DNA of 64,000 bases from the NCBI RefSeq assembly GCF_964204645.1, contig NC_134028.1:17553653-17617652 (forward strand), written 5' to 3'. How positions within the stretch are numbered: position 1 is the first letter of the stretch; the number at the start of each line of letters is the position of its first letter. Source of the DNA: Tubulanus polymorphus (lineage: Eukaryota > Animalia > Nemertea). Below are positions 61,538-64,000 of this stretch, in pieces. Made by a program: the position numbers and the translations under genes. Under the pieces are notes generated by a model. That model saw nothing but the letters and a program-made list of their open reading frames with translations. It ran no database searches and had not been told where the DNA came from.

Positions 61538-63015
61538 TAATAATTTATTAATTCTTTTAATAATTTATCTTGTTCTTCAACTGTTATATGACCATTTAAA
61601 CTTATCATATAATGTATTGTATTCTTTAATTTATTAATTTATTTTATATTAGTTTTAATTTTTTCTTTATTACTTTTTATATTTAATTTTGAACTTATAC
61701 CAGTTAAAACACTTGAACTTAATCCTAATACACCAATTGATATAGCTAAAGGTGTTAATGGACTGAATATTGCTAGAAATGTTATTACAGAACTAATTGT
61801 AACTGAACCACTTATAATCAAATAATATATAATTTTACTTTTTAAATATTTTTTCTTTTTTATCTTTTAGTCACTTTCAAATTCTAATATTTGTTTTTCT
61901 AAATATATTTTTAATTTAGTTTTATTTATATCATGAGGAATAATATCAATATTATCAAATTTATCATCCATTTATTTAGCAAAAAAAATTACTAATTAGT
62001 AAATCTATACGCTACAAATATAACAATAACAGTTCCACCTAAAATCCAAATTATTTCATATTTCTGTTGTTCTTTACTTGGTGTATAATAATCTGATAAT
62101 TTAGGTTTGTATAGACGTAATTTTTCTTTATTGCTTACCGCGTTATATAAACTCATTGCATCATCGACTGATTGAAAATCTCTATGTGAAATCTTCTGAT
62201 CATATAATTTCTTGTTAATATAATCCATATAGTTTTGCCTCTTTTCTCTATATTCTTCTGCTCCTTTATTGTATTTTTCTAATGCTAAGTTATGACTTCT
62301 TTGTTCTCCTAATGAACTATTTTTATCAATATCCTTAAATAAATAACCACCACCAGTAAATGCTAAAGCGTTAACAATTGCCGATCCTATAATAGTTATA
62401 ATTGCAGAAGCCATTTATTTAGTAAAATAATTACGCATTTATATGGGAGGAATATATTTTTGTTTTTCCAAATAATCAATAGTTAAATTAGATAAAGTAA
62501 CTGCTAATGTTAATTTTAAGATATCATTTATATCAAATCTATCAATATTAACACTTCCCATTTTGAATACTTTTTTTAATACCATTGAATAACCAAAAGT
62601 TCCAACTGATAGTAATGCTCCATTATATAATCCAGTTATTATCCACTTATTATCACTCATTTATTTATCAAAAAAATTACTATCATCAAAATATTTAGTT
62701 ATCTTATTTATAATTATTTCAACATTTATTTCATTACTAGTTTCATGATTATCATATATTTTGGTTAATATGTTTTTAATATCATCTATGATAAAATCTT
62801 CATCTAATTCATAAAATCTTCAAGATTCTCTAATTAAATTAGTAATCCTTTCTACATTTAAAGTTTCTTTATCTATTGTTTTTTCATACTCAAATGTTGT
62901 TTCATTAGAAAATGCAATATTTTTAATATGTGTAATTACATCATTAATGTTAAATTTCTTCCTCATGTTTAAAATCAAACCCAAAACATATACTCGGTCC
63001 AACAGTTATATTCAT
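61538..63015 (-). other. Block of four small genes, copy C (61992-62414 and 62439-62660 intact; others disrupted)
   Basis: Homologues of 16670-18165. Confidence 0.82.
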
Positions 63016-63031
63016 TTATATAATGAAAAAA

Positions 63032-63636
63032 TTACTCTCTACATCTTATAACTAATTCATATATCACAGGAAAGTTATTTAAATCAATTAAATATCCATT
63101 ATGATTTCTTTAATTTGAAATTATTGAAATGTGGAATGCAAGGTTTAAAATCACATTCTGTTAAATTATAATTTAGTTGAGTTCCAAATTGTTTAACATT
63201 TTTTAATGGTAAAATATTTAGTATACTAGAATTGCAAGTTTTATCTTTAGTTGCTTCAAATGTTTTTTTAGGATCAATTAAATTGCAATAAATATAGAAA
63301 TGTGTGCTAGGTATTATATATGGTGTAGTATCAACATTTGAATAAAGTTTATCTGGTGTAATTCCTAACAGTTTAGCTACAGGTTTTTTAACTGAAAATT
63401 GATATTTTTCATTATGAGCTAACCCTATCTTCATTTTATTTCCTGATTGAAAAAAATAAATGTTCAAGACTTTTATCCGATACATTGTAAAGAGTATTAC
63501 ATAAACTTATATTAACTAATTTTAAATCAACACAATTCTTGAATTCTCTATCTAATTGAACTAGTAAATTATGTGATTTATAATTTGTAAGTTTTCTTGA
63601 ATCAACAAATATTCTGTATTCTTTTAATTCTACCAT
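63032..63636 (-). pseudogene. Minor capsid protein, copy C (central deletion, frameshifts)
   Basis: ORFs 63436-63636 and 63099-63485. Confidence 0.7.
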
Positions 63637-63653
63637 TTATTTTACATATTTTC

Positions 63654-64000
63654 TTATTCGAAATCTATTTCATGGTGCCCTTTTTCATTCTTACCTTTGT
63701 ATACGAAATAGAAATCTCCAGAACATAATTCTTCTAGATCTTCACTTGATAATCTATGAAATCTATCTGGTAAATATGTTCTGAATTTATATGTATTTCC
63801 TTTTAATCCTTCATATTCTAAGTGTATAACTAATTTATCTCCATGTTTGTTAGTAACTGTATCAATATTTGTAATTAGATATTTCTTATGGATTATTAAT
63901 TCTTTTAACTTCTTAAATTTATAATCTACTGATTTGACATTTGAAGTATCTTTTATTCTATCTAGAAATAATTTGTTGTTCTCACTGTGTGTTTGTTTAC
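63654..64000 (-). pseudogene. Small gene downstream of pPolB, copy C (no MITE, +1 T at ~63803)
   Basis: Matches 18957-19056 plus 20201-20445. Confidence 0.7.

Larger units (their letters stand above)
56660..64000 (-). mobile_element. Polinton/Maverick copy C (partial, runs off the right edge)
   Basis: Colinear with 12290-20445 minus the MITE; same orientation as copies A and B. Confidence 0.92.

Overview
AT-rich animal (probably invertebrate) genomic DNA. Three same-orientation, partly decayed copies of one Polinton/Maverick (adintovirus-like) family are present: copy A at 1-~8.5 kb, a near-complete copy B at ~8.5-24.9 kb and copy C at ~56.7-64 kb. The family encodes a protein-primed PolB, an rve integrase with chromodomain, a packaging ATPase, major and minor capsid proteins and several membrane proteins, with no recognisable maturation protease. 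Between B and C lies a host ERCC3/XPB helicase gene with only two coding exons (27318-29366, 50143-50424). Its 20.8-kb intron is filled with nested TEs: Helentron-type HINEs, Penelope with hammerhead motifs, a CR1-like LINE, a Harbinger transposase split into four pieces, and hAT and piggyBac MITEs. Most notable: (i) 11 of 13 Polinton genes start in TAAATG, the structural ones with a T-tract 6-7 nt upstream, which is poxvirus late-promoter architecture and suggests a helper-virus-dependent lifestyle; (ii) hypervariable cassettes in the penton and membrane proteins between otherwise near-identical copies; (iii) an inside-out 410-bp inverted repeat and a triple-hairpin array; (iv) a ~3-kb satellite-like segment sharing the Polinton inverted-repeat arm and carrying a 24-bp tandem array. 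All calls are by eye from motifs and internal comparisons; no searches were run.
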